DNA of 64,000 nt from a virus (lineage: Duplodnaviria > Caudoviricetes), in the IMG/VR virus record IMGVR_UViG_3300028833_000116, positions 1 through 64,000 of that record; one strand, 5' to 3'. A model generated the notes under the pieces. The model saw nothing but the letters and a program-made list of their open reading frames with translations, made no database searches and had not been told where the DNA came from. The position numbers and the translations under genes are program-made. This document shows positions 1 to 9,654 of this stretch, in pieces (within the stretch, counting starts at the first letter, position 1; each line of letters opens with the position of its first letter).

Positions 1-9
1 TTTCATTAA

Positions 10-177
10 GCTCTTATTGCTAGAGGTGAGTTAATTCGTCCCGAATTTAATCAGCAGATTTCTACAAGTGATGGTACATTTATTGGTAGTAATATCAATG
101 AGGCTGTTGCTTTCCTTAACAATCCAAAGAATGAAGCTATTTTGGAAGTTATGAAGAATAAATTCAAACTCCTTTAA
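10..177 (+). CDS. C-terminal fragment of a conserved crAss-like structural-module gene (gene75-like, downstream of the major capsid gene); partial
   Basis: Open frame ALIARGELIRPEFNQQISTSDGTFIGSNINEAVAFLNNPKN...KLL* ends 11 nt before the next ATG. Codon usage is typical of this genome. An in-frame TAA at 7-9 is at the window edge and unresolved. Confidence 0.5.
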   Translation, partial: ALIARGELIRPEFNQQISTSDGTFIGSNINEAVAFLNNPKNEAILEVMKNKFKLL

Positions 178-188
178 TTGTTGTAGTT

Positions 189-1400
189 ATGACTTTATCT
201 GAAATGCACGTTTGGTTTAGACAGTATGCTCAGCAAATGGGTATGCAAAACGTTCGAGCTTTACTTCCCGAACAGATTGACTTACTCATTAATACTAGTA
301 TTACTGATACTATTAACCAAATTATTGTTCAAAATATTGGAGTTACCAATGATAGAATTATCACTGATAACTCTAAGATTGGACAAATTAACGCATTGAA
401 GACTCTATATACTGTAAAATCTATTAAAATATTCGATTCTGAATTTAAAAACACTAATCAAATTGGAGAAGAAGGGCAATCTCTAACCGGTTTACTTAAA
501 GGTGATTGGGAAATATTAGAAGGTAATATGGTTTTTACTTTCAGTGTAGGAGATGGTGACAATTATGATGTTAACACTACAAGCCTTACTGCTGAGCAAA
601 TAATAAATTCTATAAATACTTATATAAAAAATAATCTAAATAATTTCTTTGATGAAAATATATTTATAAGTATTTCTGGTTATACCGATAGAAATTTTAT
701 TCCTCATCTAAAAGCAGAATATTATGTAAATAATGTTATGCAAATAAGTGTCAATAGTGAAGAAGGAATCTATGAGTTTTCTACATTAACTCCTAATGAT
801 AGACAATTTTCACTAAATACTGATGGAGTTTACAAAGGTTTAATAACATCGAATAGTGTTGATATTTCTTATCTTTATTTAGTAGATTTTGCAATAGATT
901 ATAAAAAGTCTGATAGTGGTATTACACAGTATAATATGGTTGATTTTGACGCAAATGGTTTTACTACTAAATTATTTCCTGTTAGATTAATCGACGATAT
1001 ATTTCTTGCTGATACTCTAAATGATTTTATATTATCTCCTAGACTTAGAAGTCCTATTCTAACAGTAAATGCTAACAATTATGATTTGTATTTTGGAGAG
1101 TTTGTAAAACTTTCTAATGGAAACTATACATTAGATAATAATTTAGTTCCTTACAATCTTAGAATATCTTATATAGCTAAACCTAATAAGGTAGAATATA
1201 GACTTGATAAAGGCTTTCCGACTAATATCGAATGTAATCTTCCTGAATACTTACACGTTGATATTCTTAAGCATGCTGTAGATTTGTATAGAGCTTCAAT
1301 TAGTGGTTCTTTGCTTTCTCAACAAGCACAAGACCAACAACAACAGAGAGAAATAGCTAGAAATAATGCTACTCCTTCTGATGGTTATCCTAATAATTAA
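189..1400 (+). CDS. Virion ring/tail-associated structural protein (crAss gene74-like)
   Basis: 403-aa ORF. The N-terminus LLPEQIDLLIN and C-terminus YIAKP...ECNLPEYLHVDILKHAV resemble crAss ring proteins, and the position in the structural module fits. Confidence 0.6.
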   Translation: MTLSEMHVWFRQYAQQMGMQNVRALLPEQIDLLINTSITDTINQIIVQNIGVTNDRIITDNSKIGQINALKTLYTVKSIKIFDSEFKNTNQIGEEGQSLTGLLKGDWEILEGNMVFTFSVGDGDNYDVNTTSLTAEQIINSINTYIKNNLNNFFDENIFISISGYTDRNFIPHLKAEYYVNNVMQISVNSEEGIYEFSTLTPNDRQFSLNTDGVYKGLITSNSVDISYLYLVDFAIDYKKSDSGITQYNMVDFDANGFTTKLFPVRLIDDIFLADTLNDFILSPRLRSPILTVNANNYDLYFGEFVKLSNGNYTLDNNLVPYNLRISYIAKPNKVEYRLDKGFPTNIECNLPEYLHVDILKHAVDLYRASISGSLLSQQAQDQQQQREIARNNATPSDGYPNN

Positions 1401-1417
1401 TAATAATGTAATTTAAT

Positions 1418-2302
1418 ATGAAACAACTATTTATTGTAAAAAAGACTGCTGCTCTTAATGGTGGTGCTGCAAAGCCGCAGGATGTTAGTGCAATGACTGA
1501 TGGTTCTATTGGTTTTTATAAGTTAAGCGATGATTCTGCTTGGCTTGCTGCTGCTGCATCTGAAGACTTTGCTATTGTTGGCGGTACTCCTGCTAATGCT
1601 CCTAGTAGAGTATTCCCTGAAGTAGACTTTAATAGTCTTAAGGTTGTTCTGACTGAGCCTAAGAATGGTGTTGCTTTCCAGGCTGAGATTACTATTCCTA
1701 CTCCTGTAGTTGGAAAGGATTACACTCTTAGTCTTGTTAAACTTGGCACTGTTCCTGGTCAGCGTAGTGTTTGGACTGCTAGTTTCCGCGCTTTGACTAC
1801 TACTGCTGCCGATGTTGCTACAGCTTTGGAAACTCAGTTGAAGAACTTTGCTCAGGGTGGAACTTATACCGATGGTGGCGGTGTGAATGTAACTGTTACT
1901 AGAGCTGGTGCTAAGATTACTGTAACAGGTAACGTTGCTGGCGAGCAGTATGCTCTTAAAGCTGGTGATGCTCTGTTTGGCACTACTGTAACAACTACAG
2001 TTGCTGAACCTGCTATTGGTGACAAGGCTTACGTTGAGAAGTTGGCTCAGCAATGTGCTGCTGATAAGGGCTTCAATTATCTCGACCAGGCTTCTAAGGA
2101 TATTTATCCTGGCTATCCTGAAGCTGTAGAAAATGAAAGTTATTATATCTTTAATCTTCATTTTGCTACAAGTCGTAAGGCTGGTAAGACTGGTGATGAA
2201 GCTGTTATGCAGTATGTACATATCGCTGTTCCTAGTGGTGCAACCTCTCTTAATACCATTAGAACAATTCTTGGTGTACCTGCACAACAGAATAACGGAT
2301 AA
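1418..2302 (+). CDS. Abundant structural protein (auxiliary capsid / gene73-like)
   Basis: 294 aa, Ala/Gly/Thr-rich, strongly biased codons suggesting high expression, followed by a terminator. Confidence 0.55.
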   Translation: MKQLFIVKKTAALNGGAAKPQDVSAMTDGSIGFYKLSDDSAWLAAAASEDFAIVGGTPANAPSRVFPEVDFNSLKVVLTEPKNGVAFQAEITIPTPVVGKDYTLSLVKLGTVPGQRSVWTASFRALTTTAADVATALETQLKNFAQGGTYTDGGGVNVTVTRAGAKITVTGNVAGEQYALKAGDALFGTTVTTTVAEPAIGDKAYVEKLAQQCAADKGFNYLDQASKDIYPGYPEAVENESYYIFNLHFATSRKAGKTGDEAVMQYVHIAVPSGATSLNTIRTILGVPAQQNNG

Positions 2303-2311
2303 GAAGAACAT

Positions 2312-2350
2312 AGCTATCATCTCTTCTACGGGGGAGGTGGTAGCTTTTAT
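2312..2350 (+). terminator. Rho-independent terminator with a cUACGg tetraloop, containing one copy of the dispersed G5 motif
   Basis: AGCTATCATCTCTTC-TACG-GGGGAGGTGGTAGCT followed by TTTAT, directly after the stop at 2302. Confidence 0.75.
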
Positions 2351-2359
2351 ACTTAAAGT

Positions 2360-2983
2360 ATGAACGACTTTCAGACAATTAATGATATTGTTAATGAAAG
2401 TGTCAGAAATTCTTCTTATTATACAGTTGCTATATCAAGCTGTGTATTTATTCTTTATACTTTAATTATTCAACTTATTGGATATTTTAAACAAAAAAGT
2501 AAAGCTAAGCCTATGATAGAAATGTCTAAGGCTATGCAAGAAATGGCAGCTAACATAGTTAAATTAAATAGCGTTTTAGATAAAACTTTAAAAGAAGCAG
2601 ATAAAAAGAAAGTTCGTCAATGTGAAGTAACTATTGATAGTGGATTTAAAGCTTTTGCTTATAGAATAGGTCAAGAGATATCCTCTATTATAGCTCATAA
2701 CAATATTGATAAAAACAAAGAGTTAATTACAGGAAATATTGCTAAACTTGTTAGTACTGAATATTATAAACTCTATTCTTCATTATCTGCTTATGAAATA
2801 GAAGAAGTAAACGTAGCAAGTAAACTTAAAGAAGAGTGGATAAGAGATATTACTGATAACATTATAGCTATTGTTTACAATGGACAAGACGCTATATCTA
2901 GAATTACTCAAATAAACAATAGATTGAATATATCTATTAGTGAGTATTCTACTTACATTAACAATAAAACTTTCAACACATAA
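2360..2983 (+). CDS. Membrane-anchored coiled-coil protein (possibly holin-like)
   Basis: 207 aa with one N-terminal hydrophobic helix (VAISSCVFILYTLIIQLIGYF) followed by a helical region. Confidence 0.5.
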   Translation: MNDFQTINDIVNESVRNSSYYTVAISSCVFILYTLIIQLIGYFKQKSKAKPMIEMSKAMQEMAANIVKLNSVLDKTLKEADKKKVRQCEVTIDSGFKAFAYRIGQEISSIIAHNNIDKNKELITGNIAKLVSTEYYKLYSSLSAYEIEEVNVASKLKEEWIRDITDNIIAIVYNGQDAISRITQINNRLNISISEYSTYINNKTFNT

Positions 2984-2988
2984 CGTTT

Positions 2989-3225
2989 ATGTTGTATGAA
3001 TCGAATTTAAAGCAAACAATGCTTGATGTCCTGGAAAATAGGGTGTCAGGCATTGCTGATTGTATTCTTGTATTATTTGATAATGGATATACACCTAATA
3101 AAAATAAAATGACTATTCTTGATTGGTGTAGTATTCTTATTGATGCTTATGAGAATATAGATGTTCTTTCTGAAGAACAACATAAGAAGTTAGATAACTT
3201 ATACAATAAAGTAATAAAGTTATGA
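2989..3225 (+). CDS. Hypothetical protein
   Basis: 78-aa ORF in the operon; ATGA overlap with the next gene. Confidence 0.7.
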   Translation: MLYESNLKQTMLDVLENRVSGIADCILVLFDNGYTPNKNKMTILDWCSILIDAYENIDVLSEEQHKKLDNLYNKVIKL

Positions 3226-3989
3226 GTAAATTAGTTACGGTTGACCCTGAATATGTTTATGTAACTATTCCTGCTGAATATATTTGCGTATATCATCGTA
3301 TATTAGCAATGCTTGCTGATTATGGTGAAGATATGCTTAAAGATTGTAAGGCTAGTTGCACTGATAAAAATTCTGGTGTGATTGAATGTTTTAATATGTT
3401 TAATGCCGCAGTTGCTGCAAGAAAACTTGGAAAAGATAAACTTGCTGAAACATTAATTAAATATATTAAAGCTAAAATTAATCAGATATATCAAGGTAAA
3501 GATAATTCTACTAGTTTTGTCTTTCCTGTTGACCCTAATGGTAGAATTAAAGCTTTTGTTTCTTGTGGAGAACTTCCTAAATTTGAGATTAATGCTGATG
3601 ATGCTGAATTATACGAACATGAAATGTATAATGGTTTTGATGAGCATTTTATTCTTGGACCAGAAGATAAACCACAAGAAGAACATTCTGTTGACCATGA
3701 TAAAGTAGAAACAGGTCTTGTTATTAGCTTTACTCCTAGTTATGAGAAACTTAATCCTAACGAGGAAGAATATACTCCTTGTGGAGAACTTCTTATTACA
3801 TATAATGGAGAAAGTGTTGATAAACAAGATTGTGCAATAGATTATTATTTTGATAATATTCCTATTTCATATTGGGACGACATTGTACTTACTATTGATG
3901 ATGTTGGTATGCACAACTTTAAAGTTGCTGTTGTCTACAAAGATGATGTAGATATTGCTAATCAAGATTTAATGTTTGAAATAAATTAA
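3222..3989 (+). CDS. Putative tail hub/structural protein
   Basis: 255 aa with a Cys-containing N-terminus, located before the fibre genes. Confidence 0.45.
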   Translation: MSKLVTVDPEYVYVTIPAEYICVYHRILAMLADYGEDMLKDCKASCTDKNSGVIECFNMFNAAVAARKLGKDKLAETLIKYIKAKINQIYQGKDNSTSFVFPVDPNGRIKAFVSCGELPKFEINADDAELYEHEMYNGFDEHFILGPEDKPQEEHSVDHDKVETGLVISFTPSYEKLNPNEEEYTPCGELLITYNGESVDKQDCAIDYYFDNIPISYWDDIVLTIDDVGMHNFKVAVVYKDDVDIANQDLMFEIN

Positions 3990-3994
3990 TATTT

Positions 3995-4543
3995 ATGAGA
4001 GCTAATACTAGAAATTTAGGAAAAGTTTCTATTACTGTAGAAAAAAGTTATCACGACATTAATAAAGATTATGATAAACTTACAATAGTAGAAGATAGTG
4101 TAAGTATTGCTACTTATATTAGTAGAAAATATGTTCCTGTTGGAATTTCTCTATCTAATAGAGAATATTGGATTTGCTTAGGACGAATTGATACTAATGC
4201 TGTAGAATATATTACTAATGTTAAGGCTCAACTCAACGCTATTATAGCACATGCTGCTACACTTAAAGATGGAGAAAGTGCTTATGATATAGCTGTTGAT
4301 GAAGGCTTTATAGGTACTGTAGAAGAATGGCTAGAATCTCTTAAAGGTGAAAAAGGTGATCCTGGTGATAAGGGTGATAAGGGTGACAAAGGAGATAAAG
4401 GTGACACAGGTCCTAGTGGAGCTTTCTTATTTCCTACAATGGAATTTGACCCTGCTACTGGAGATTTAGTTATTACTGGAGATGATATTGAAGATAATTT
4501 TCACTTTGATTATGAAACTGGTGAACTAATATTTATTAATTAA
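3995..4543 (+). CDS. Collagen-like tail/fibre protein
   Basis: GESAYDIAVDEGFIGTVEEWLESLKG motif followed by a Gly-X-Y run (GEKGDPGDKGDKGDKGDKGDTGPSG). Confidence 0.75.
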   Translation: MRANTRNLGKVSITVEKSYHDINKDYDKLTIVEDSVSIATYISRKYVPVGISLSNREYWICLGRIDTNAVEYITNVKAQLNAIIAHAATLKDGESAYDIAVDEGFIGTVEEWLESLKGEKGDPGDKGDKGDKGDKGDTGPSGAFLFPTMEFDPATGDLVITGDDIEDNFHFDYETGELIFIN

Positions 4544-4558
4544 TAAAACAATAAAATT

Positions 4559-7500
4559 ATGAGTAATGTAAGATTTAAAGTTGCTCCTGTTTGGAAAGGA
4601 GATTATGACAGTTCTGTAGTTTATAACATCTCTGATGAAGTAAGAGACCCTAATGGTACAGGTAATTATCGTTCTCTTATTAATGAAAATAATCAACCCC
4701 TTGAAAATACTGCAGCTTGGGTTAATATTTTAGATTTAACTGAGTTGAAAGAAACTGTAGATGACTCTAAAGAGGTAAACCAAACTATTAAGAATAATGA
4801 ATCTCTTCGTATAAGTAACGAAAATACTAGAAAAACTAACGAATCTAATAGAGTTAGTAGTGAGGATATTAGAGTTTCTAATGAAACTCTTAGAAATCGA
4901 AATGAAGTTAATCGTCAAGATGCTGAAAGCAGTCGTAGAACAGCTGAAAGTTCTAGAACAAGTGCAGAAAATACTAGAATTGCAAATGAAAATGCTAGAA
5001 AGTCTAGTGAAACTGCAAGACAATCTAGTGAAAGTACTAGAGTAAGTGCTGAGAATACTAGAAATACTAATGAGAATGCAAGAGTTAGTTCTGAGAATAC
5101 ACGTACTCAAAGCGAAACTACTCGTGTTCAAAACGAAACTACTCGTCAAACTAATGAGCAAACTCGTCAAACTAATGAACAAACTCGTCAGACTAACGAA
5201 GGTTTACCCACTGATGAACCTAATCCTAGCGGTTCTCGTTGGGCAAGATATAAAAATGCAGAAGATGGTAGAAATTTAACTTTCAATAATAATGAAGGTG
5301 CAGCTACTGATACTCCAAGTGCTACTGGAACTCGTTGGGCTAGATTTAAAAAAGGTGATGCTGATAGAGAAAATACTTTTGTAGAGAATGAAGGTACACC
5401 TGAAGATGAAGCTAGCGAAACAGGTTCTCGTTGGGCAAGATATAAGAAAGCTGAAGAATCTAGAAGTGCAGCTATTACTGACCTGCAACAAAATAAAGCT
5501 GACAAAGAAGGAGAATTTCCTAAATTAATTGCTGGTGCTGCTAGAAATATTGCAACTGATGACTATATTGAAGAAGAATTTATTAGCAGAACTAGTGGTG
5601 GTGAAGCTGAGATTGCTACTGGATTAGCTCAACTTGAAGGAGTTAAAGGTAATAGTGTGAAGTTTAATCAGTTGGTGCAGAATGGTAACTTTGCGGATGG
5701 GGCTAATGGATGGACTGCTGCTAATGGAACTATATCTGTTTCTGATGGTATATTAGAATATACTGTCACAACTGCCGTCGGTGGTTCAGCTCAATACCAA
5801 GGAAGGATGAAAAATCAACCGTGTATTGAAAATCACAAATATTACTTTAGTTATAAACTAAAATGTGATAAAGACACAGTATTCTATAATGGTGGCGTAG
5901 TAGCTTCTGGTGGTGTTTTTGAATATAGAGGTAATGGTTCATGGCAACGTTTTTGTAAAATATTCAACAGTACTATAACTACGGCAAATGGTAACTTATA
6001 TGTTTCATTAAGTCGTTATTCTGATAATAGTTCTATAGAAGTTGGAGATAAATTCTATTTACGTGATGTTGTTAGAATTGACCTCACAGCAATATTTGGT
6101 ACTGATGCTCAGATTGCTGCAGCTCTTGGTATTACTGAAGCTCAAATAACAACTAACTTAGGTGTTGCTGCTTTCGAATCATGGTTAGAACGTACTGTAG
6201 GTAAACAACCTTATTATGCTTATAATCCAGGTGAAGTCATCAATGTTAATATGACTGGTCTTGAGTCTGTTAGCAGAAATCTTCTTGATAGCAATGGTGA
6301 TGCTCAGATTCTTGGTACTTACTCTGATGTTTATGAAAGTTATTATGGTATTACTGGTACTCATGGTGCTATTACATTTACTAATAATAACGGCGAAACA
6401 TCTACTGTAACTCCTGACTCTGAAGGTAAATTCTTATTAGAAGAAGCTGGTACACTTCATGTTGCTACTCCTGGAGAAGATTGTTCAGTATTTATTTGGT
6501 GGGATGGTAGTAAGACAGATTATAGTGAACATAATGTAGATGTAGCTAAATTAGATGTTACACATATCTATGATGAAGGAGAACTTGTTCAGGTGTTCCC
6601 GTATGGTATGTGCTGTATCGGTGATGTTAAGGATAGTCTTGAAGTGATTGACGGTACACCTACAGCAATAAAATACATTGGCAAGCGTGCTTATGCAAGT
6701 GGTGATGAAAGTGACAGTGATGTGATTACTGATGGTACAAACACCTATTATATCCTTGATACCCCAGAAACCTATACTGAACTTGTTTATCAAGGTAGTT
6801 CTCTCTATCCAGATGGCACTCTTGTTACTTTACCTGTTAATTATGAAGTTGATAATTGGGGTATTGAAAATATTCTGCCTAAGAATACTTTAGCTGTTAA
6901 TACTGCTATGCCAACTATTACTAGTAAATATTCAACTGATATTATCGAAACTAGTAAAACTCTTGATGATAAGATTAATGCTAAACCTAATACAAACGGT
7001 AGTTATCCTAACATGAGTGTTGGTGCAGCCGATAAACTTAATGGAGTTAATCCTATTGATTCAGAGTTTGTAGTTAGAAAGACAGGTTATCCTAATGTAG
7101 TTAGTACTGGACTTGCAAGAATAACTGAGGTTAGAGGTAAGAGTTTGGTGTGGAATCAGTTATACAACAACTCAGAACCAACTCTAACGTCTGGTCACAA
7201 ATACTATTTCTCTGAAGATGTAGAAGGTACAAAAACGAGAGCTATTGGTACAAGTTACACTTATACTGAAGGAAGTACACAAAGGCAGTGTATTGACCTC
7301 ACCCTTATGTTCGGTGCTGGCAATGAACCTACTACTGTCGAAGAATTTGAAGCTATTTACAACGACTATCACGATTATAATCCTGGTGAAATAGTTAATA
7401 ATGCTACTGAGAGTATTGAAACTATTGGATTTAATCAGTGGGACGAAGAGTGGGAGTTAGGTACTTTAGATACCACAACAGGAGATGAGAAGATTAAATC

Positions 7501-8380
7501 AGACCAAATTAGAGCAAAAAAATACATACCAGTTCTCCCGTCAACTACTTATTATTGTAGATGTGATTTCGGGGTTTGGTTGGCTTTGTTTGATTGCAAT
7601 AAAAATATTATTGCACTTGACAATTGGACAGGTAGTGTTGTAACTTCTGGCAATATGAGAAATGTTGTTGATGATAAAACATTCACTACTTCTGCTAATG
7701 CAGCTTATGCGAGGTTTTATACAGTAAAGGGTTATGGAGCCACCTACAACCACGACATCTGCATCAACATATCAGATACTGTTAAAAATGGTACTTACGA
7801 ACCTTACAAACGTAATCTTCTTCCTCTCAATCTTACTACTATTACAGGTAAATCTGCTACATCTGAAGAAAGTGAAGTTATCTTCCCCGAAGGTCTTAGA
7901 AGTGCAGGAGAAGCTTATGATACTCTAGTAGTTGACGATGATGGATATGCAAGAAAGGCTATTGTAAGATGTGATAAGAGAGCATACAAAAGTGGTGACG
8001 AAAGTGATAGTACTGTTATTACAGACAGAACAAATACCGTATATGCACTTGCTACTCCTATAGAATACACTCTCGATACTCCTATCTACATGGGTTATCA
8101 AGCTTATGGTGATGGTGTTGAACGTAGACTTCCTGAAGATACTCAAGCTAAAGTCACTGCTCCATTTGTAGGAAAGATTATCTATCCTATCAATGCTGTC
8201 AAGCAGCTATTAAAAATGCCTCAAGATTATGATACTGTTGGTTCATTAGACAATCTTATTAGTGCATTAGCTACTACTTTATCTCAAATATTAAATGGAA
8301 CTCTTAGTATTATTAGAGGAGAATTTGATAGTGTTACTAATAAGTATGCATTTACTGTAACTTTTGTTCCTAACGAATAA
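4559..8380 (+). CDS. Tail fibre / receptor-binding protein
   Basis: 1273 aa: WKGDYD N-terminus, heptad (NE..R) coiled-coil repeats, a carbohydrate-binding-like segment (NQLVQNGNFADG), and an internally duplicated module. Confidence 0.75.
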   Translation: MSNVRFKVAPVWKGDYDSSVVYNISDEVRDPNGTGNYRSLINENNQPLENTAAWVNILDLTELKETVDDSKEVNQTIKNNESLRISNENTRKTNESNRVSSEDIRVSNETLRNRNEVNRQDAESSRRTAESSRTSAENTRIANENARKSSETARQSSESTRVSAENTRNTNENARVSSENTRTQSETTRVQNETTRQTNEQTRQTNEQTRQTNEGLPTDEPNPSGSRWARYKNAEDGRNLTFNNNEGAATDTPSATGTRWARFKKGDADRENTFVENEGTPEDEASETGSRWARYKKAEESRSAAITDLQQNKADKEGEFPKLIAGAARNIATDDYIEEEFISRTSGGEAEIATGLAQLEGVKGNSVKFNQLVQNGNFADGANGWTAANGTISVSDGILEYTVTTAVGGSAQYQGRMKNQPCIENHKYYFSYKLKCDKDTVFYNGGVVASGGVFEYRGNGSWQRFCKIFNSTITTANGNLYVSLSRYSDNSSIEVGDKFYLRDVVRIDLTAIFGTDAQIAAALGITEAQITTNLGVAAFESWLERTVGKQPYYAYNPGEVINVNMTGLESVSRNLLDSNGDAQILGTYSDVYESYYGITGTHGAITFTNNNGETSTVTPDSEGKFLLEEAGTLHVATPGEDCSVFIWWDGSKTDYSEHNVDVAKLDVTHIYDEGELVQVFPYGMCCIGDVKDSLEVIDGTPTAIKYIGKRAYASGDESDSDVITDGTNTYYILDTPETYTELVYQGSSLYPDGTLVTLPVNYEVDNWGIENILPKNTLAVNTAMPTITSKYSTDIIETSKTLDDKINAKPNTNGSYPNMSVGAADKLNGVNPIDSEFVVRKTGYPNVVSTGLARITEVRGKSLVWNQLYNNSEPTLTSGHKYYFSEDVEGTKTRAIGTSYTYTEGSTQRQCIDLTLMFGAGNEPTTVEEFEAIYNDYHDYNPGEIVNNATESIETIGFNQWDEEWELGTLDTTTGDEKIKSDQIRAKKYIPVLPSTTYYCRCDFGVWLALFDCNKNIIALDNWTGSVVTSGNMRNVVDDKTFTTSANAAYARFYTVKGYGATYNHDICINISDTVKNGTYEPYKRNLLPLNLTTITGKSATSEESEVIFPEGLRSAGEAYDTLVVDDDGYARKAIVRCDKRAYKSGDESDSTVITDRTNTVYALATPIEYTLDTPIYMGYQAYGDGVERRLPEDTQAKVTAPFVGKIIYPINAVKQLLKMPQDYDTVGSLDNLISALATTLSQILNGTLSIIRGEFDSVTNKYAFTVTFVPNE
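5113..5200 (+). repeat. 21-bp tandem repeats encoding heptads (ETTRVQN/EQTRQTN)
   Basis: gaaactactcgtgttcaaaac gaaactactcgtcaaactaat gagcaaactcgtcaaactaat gaacaaactcgtcagactaac. Confidence 0.85.
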
Positions 8381-8395
8381 TTTAATTAACTTAAT

Positions 8396-8427
8396 ATAAC
8401 TTGTAGGTGTAACAGCCTACAAGTTAT
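8396..8427 (+). terminator. Hairpin / terminator after the tail fibre gene
   Basis: Inverted repeat ATAACTTGTAGG-N8-CCTACAAGTTAT. Confidence 0.65.
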
Positions 8428-8435
8428 TAAACTTA

Positions 8436-8723
8436 ATGATTATGAAAAAGATTTATAATTGGTTTATCAATCTTGCAAAAGACAAGCTGCTGCACATCCA
8501 ACTGGAGGAAATAATAACGGCAGTAGCCACCATAGTTTTCCTGATTCTTGGCTGCAACAAGGAGTCGTGTGCCTACGGATGGGGTGTTGGTGTTCTTTTT
8601 GGTATAGGAAAGGAACTTTTTGACGAGAAGAAAAAAGGTACTTCAGAGGCTGCCGATTGGGCTGCTGACCTTGTTGGTGCTACAGTAGTAAGTTTGTATA
8701 GTTTAATAATAATGTTAATTTAA
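8436..8723 (+). CDS. Small membrane protein (VanZ/YfiM-like DKxxH...KExxD...D)
   Basis: DKLLH, GIGKELFD and DWAADLVG motifs with hydrophobic helices. Confidence 0.55.
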   Translation: MIMKKIYNWFINLAKDKLLHIQLEEIITAVATIVFLILGCNKESCAYGWGVGVLFGIGKELFDEKKKGTSEAADWAADLVGATVVSLYSLIIMLI

Positions 8724-8728
8724 ATATT

Positions 8729-8998
8729 ATGGAAGAGATTAAGAAGTATCGAAAAAAGCCTGTTATCATAGAGGCTATTCAATTTCAAGATGATGCTGAT
8801 ACTATCACTAAAATAAGCGATTTTATGCAGAAAGATTTAAGTGTAGATTATTCTGACAAAAATAATCCTATACTAAAAATTCAAACTCTTGAAGGTGTTA
8901 TGATGGCTAATGTTGGGGATTATATTATAAAAGGAATAAAAGGAGAGTTTTATCCTTGTAAGCCAGACATATTTAAAAATACTTATACTGAAATATAA
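8729..8998 (+). CDS. Conserved small phage protein (KKPVxIEA...TLEG...GDYIIKG...YPCKPDIF family)
   Basis: Recognisable widespread phage family motif; function unknown. Confidence 0.75.
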   Translation: MEEIKKYRKKPVIIEAIQFQDDADTITKISDFMQKDLSVDYSDKNNPILKIQTLEGVMMANVGDYIIKGIKGEFYPCKPDIFKNTYTEI

Positions 8999-9023
8999 AT
9001 ATTATAATTTAAATTTAAAGATT

Positions 9024-9404
9024 ATGGAAGAGAATAAAGTTTTTAGTTTGCCTTCTGAAATGTCTAAGTACATTATCAGAAGTACACAAGAAGAAGTAGA
9101 AGTAGTAGCTTTTAATCAAGTAGAAAATGGTGCTCGTTCTAATGATGACTGGGTTACTTATATTGACAGTCAAGGTAAAGAACATATTAAAGAGCATCTT
9201 AATATACAACTTGATTTTAAGGCAAAAATCTCTGATGTTTGGTCTAAAATAATGGATTTTTCTTCAAAGAACAAATATCCTACTGAAAGAAATCGTAGAA
9301 TATATGATGTTGCTAAAGAATTGTTCTTCAGAAATAACAGTATTGATGATGCTGTTACAATAGCAACTCAATTAGTAGATAAAATAGGTATAGAATTAGA
9401 GTAA
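9024..9404 (+). CDS. Hypothetical protein
   Basis: 126-aa ORF in tandem with its neighbours. Confidence 0.7.
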   Translation: MEENKVFSLPSEMSKYIIRSTQEEVEVVAFNQVENGARSNDDWVTYIDSQGKEHIKEHLNIQLDFKAKISDVWSKIMDFSSKNKYPTERNRRIYDVAKELFFRNNSIDDAVTIATQLVDKIGIELE

Positions 9405-9405
9405 T

Positions 9406-9654
9406 ATGACTTATAAAGAAGAAAGTTATGTTCTTAATACTCTTAAAGAGTTAAAAGAAACTATTAGGAGTCCTTCTTTTACACAACTTGTAAAAGAAAC
9501 TCATGAGAATAATATAATGCTTAAAGGTATAGTTAGAGCAATTAATACTCATATTGCTCATCATCCTCAAGAAAATCAAAATGATTTCTTTATGAATGTA
9601 GTGGCTAACCTTATGAGTAGTGGAATCGATATAAGTAAAATGTTTAAAAAATGA
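9406..9654 (+). CDS. Hypothetical protein
   Basis: 82-aa ORF; ATGA overlap with the next gene. Confidence 0.7.
   Translation: MTYKEESYVLNTLKELKETIRSPSFTQLVKETHENNIMLKGIVRAINTHIAHHPQENQNDFFMNVVANLMSSGIDISKMFKK

Noticed and set aside
1-12. Possible frameshift at the window start (TTC ATT AAG overlapping GCT CTT ATT)
   Set aside because: Only 9 nt of upstream context, so an assembly indel cannot be distinguished from biology.
1523-2320. Long antisense ORFs (for example 1523-2320, 11596-12084, 57317-57820, 58336-58818, 58951-59574)
   Set aside because: These are shadows of strongly codon-biased genes on the opposite strand, with Ser/Ile/Phe-rich non-protein-like composition.
4559-8380. Diversity-generating retroelement or invertible shufflon at the tail fibre
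   Set aside because: No reverse transcriptase or recombinase in the window, and no near-identical TR/VR pair differing at adenines was seen.
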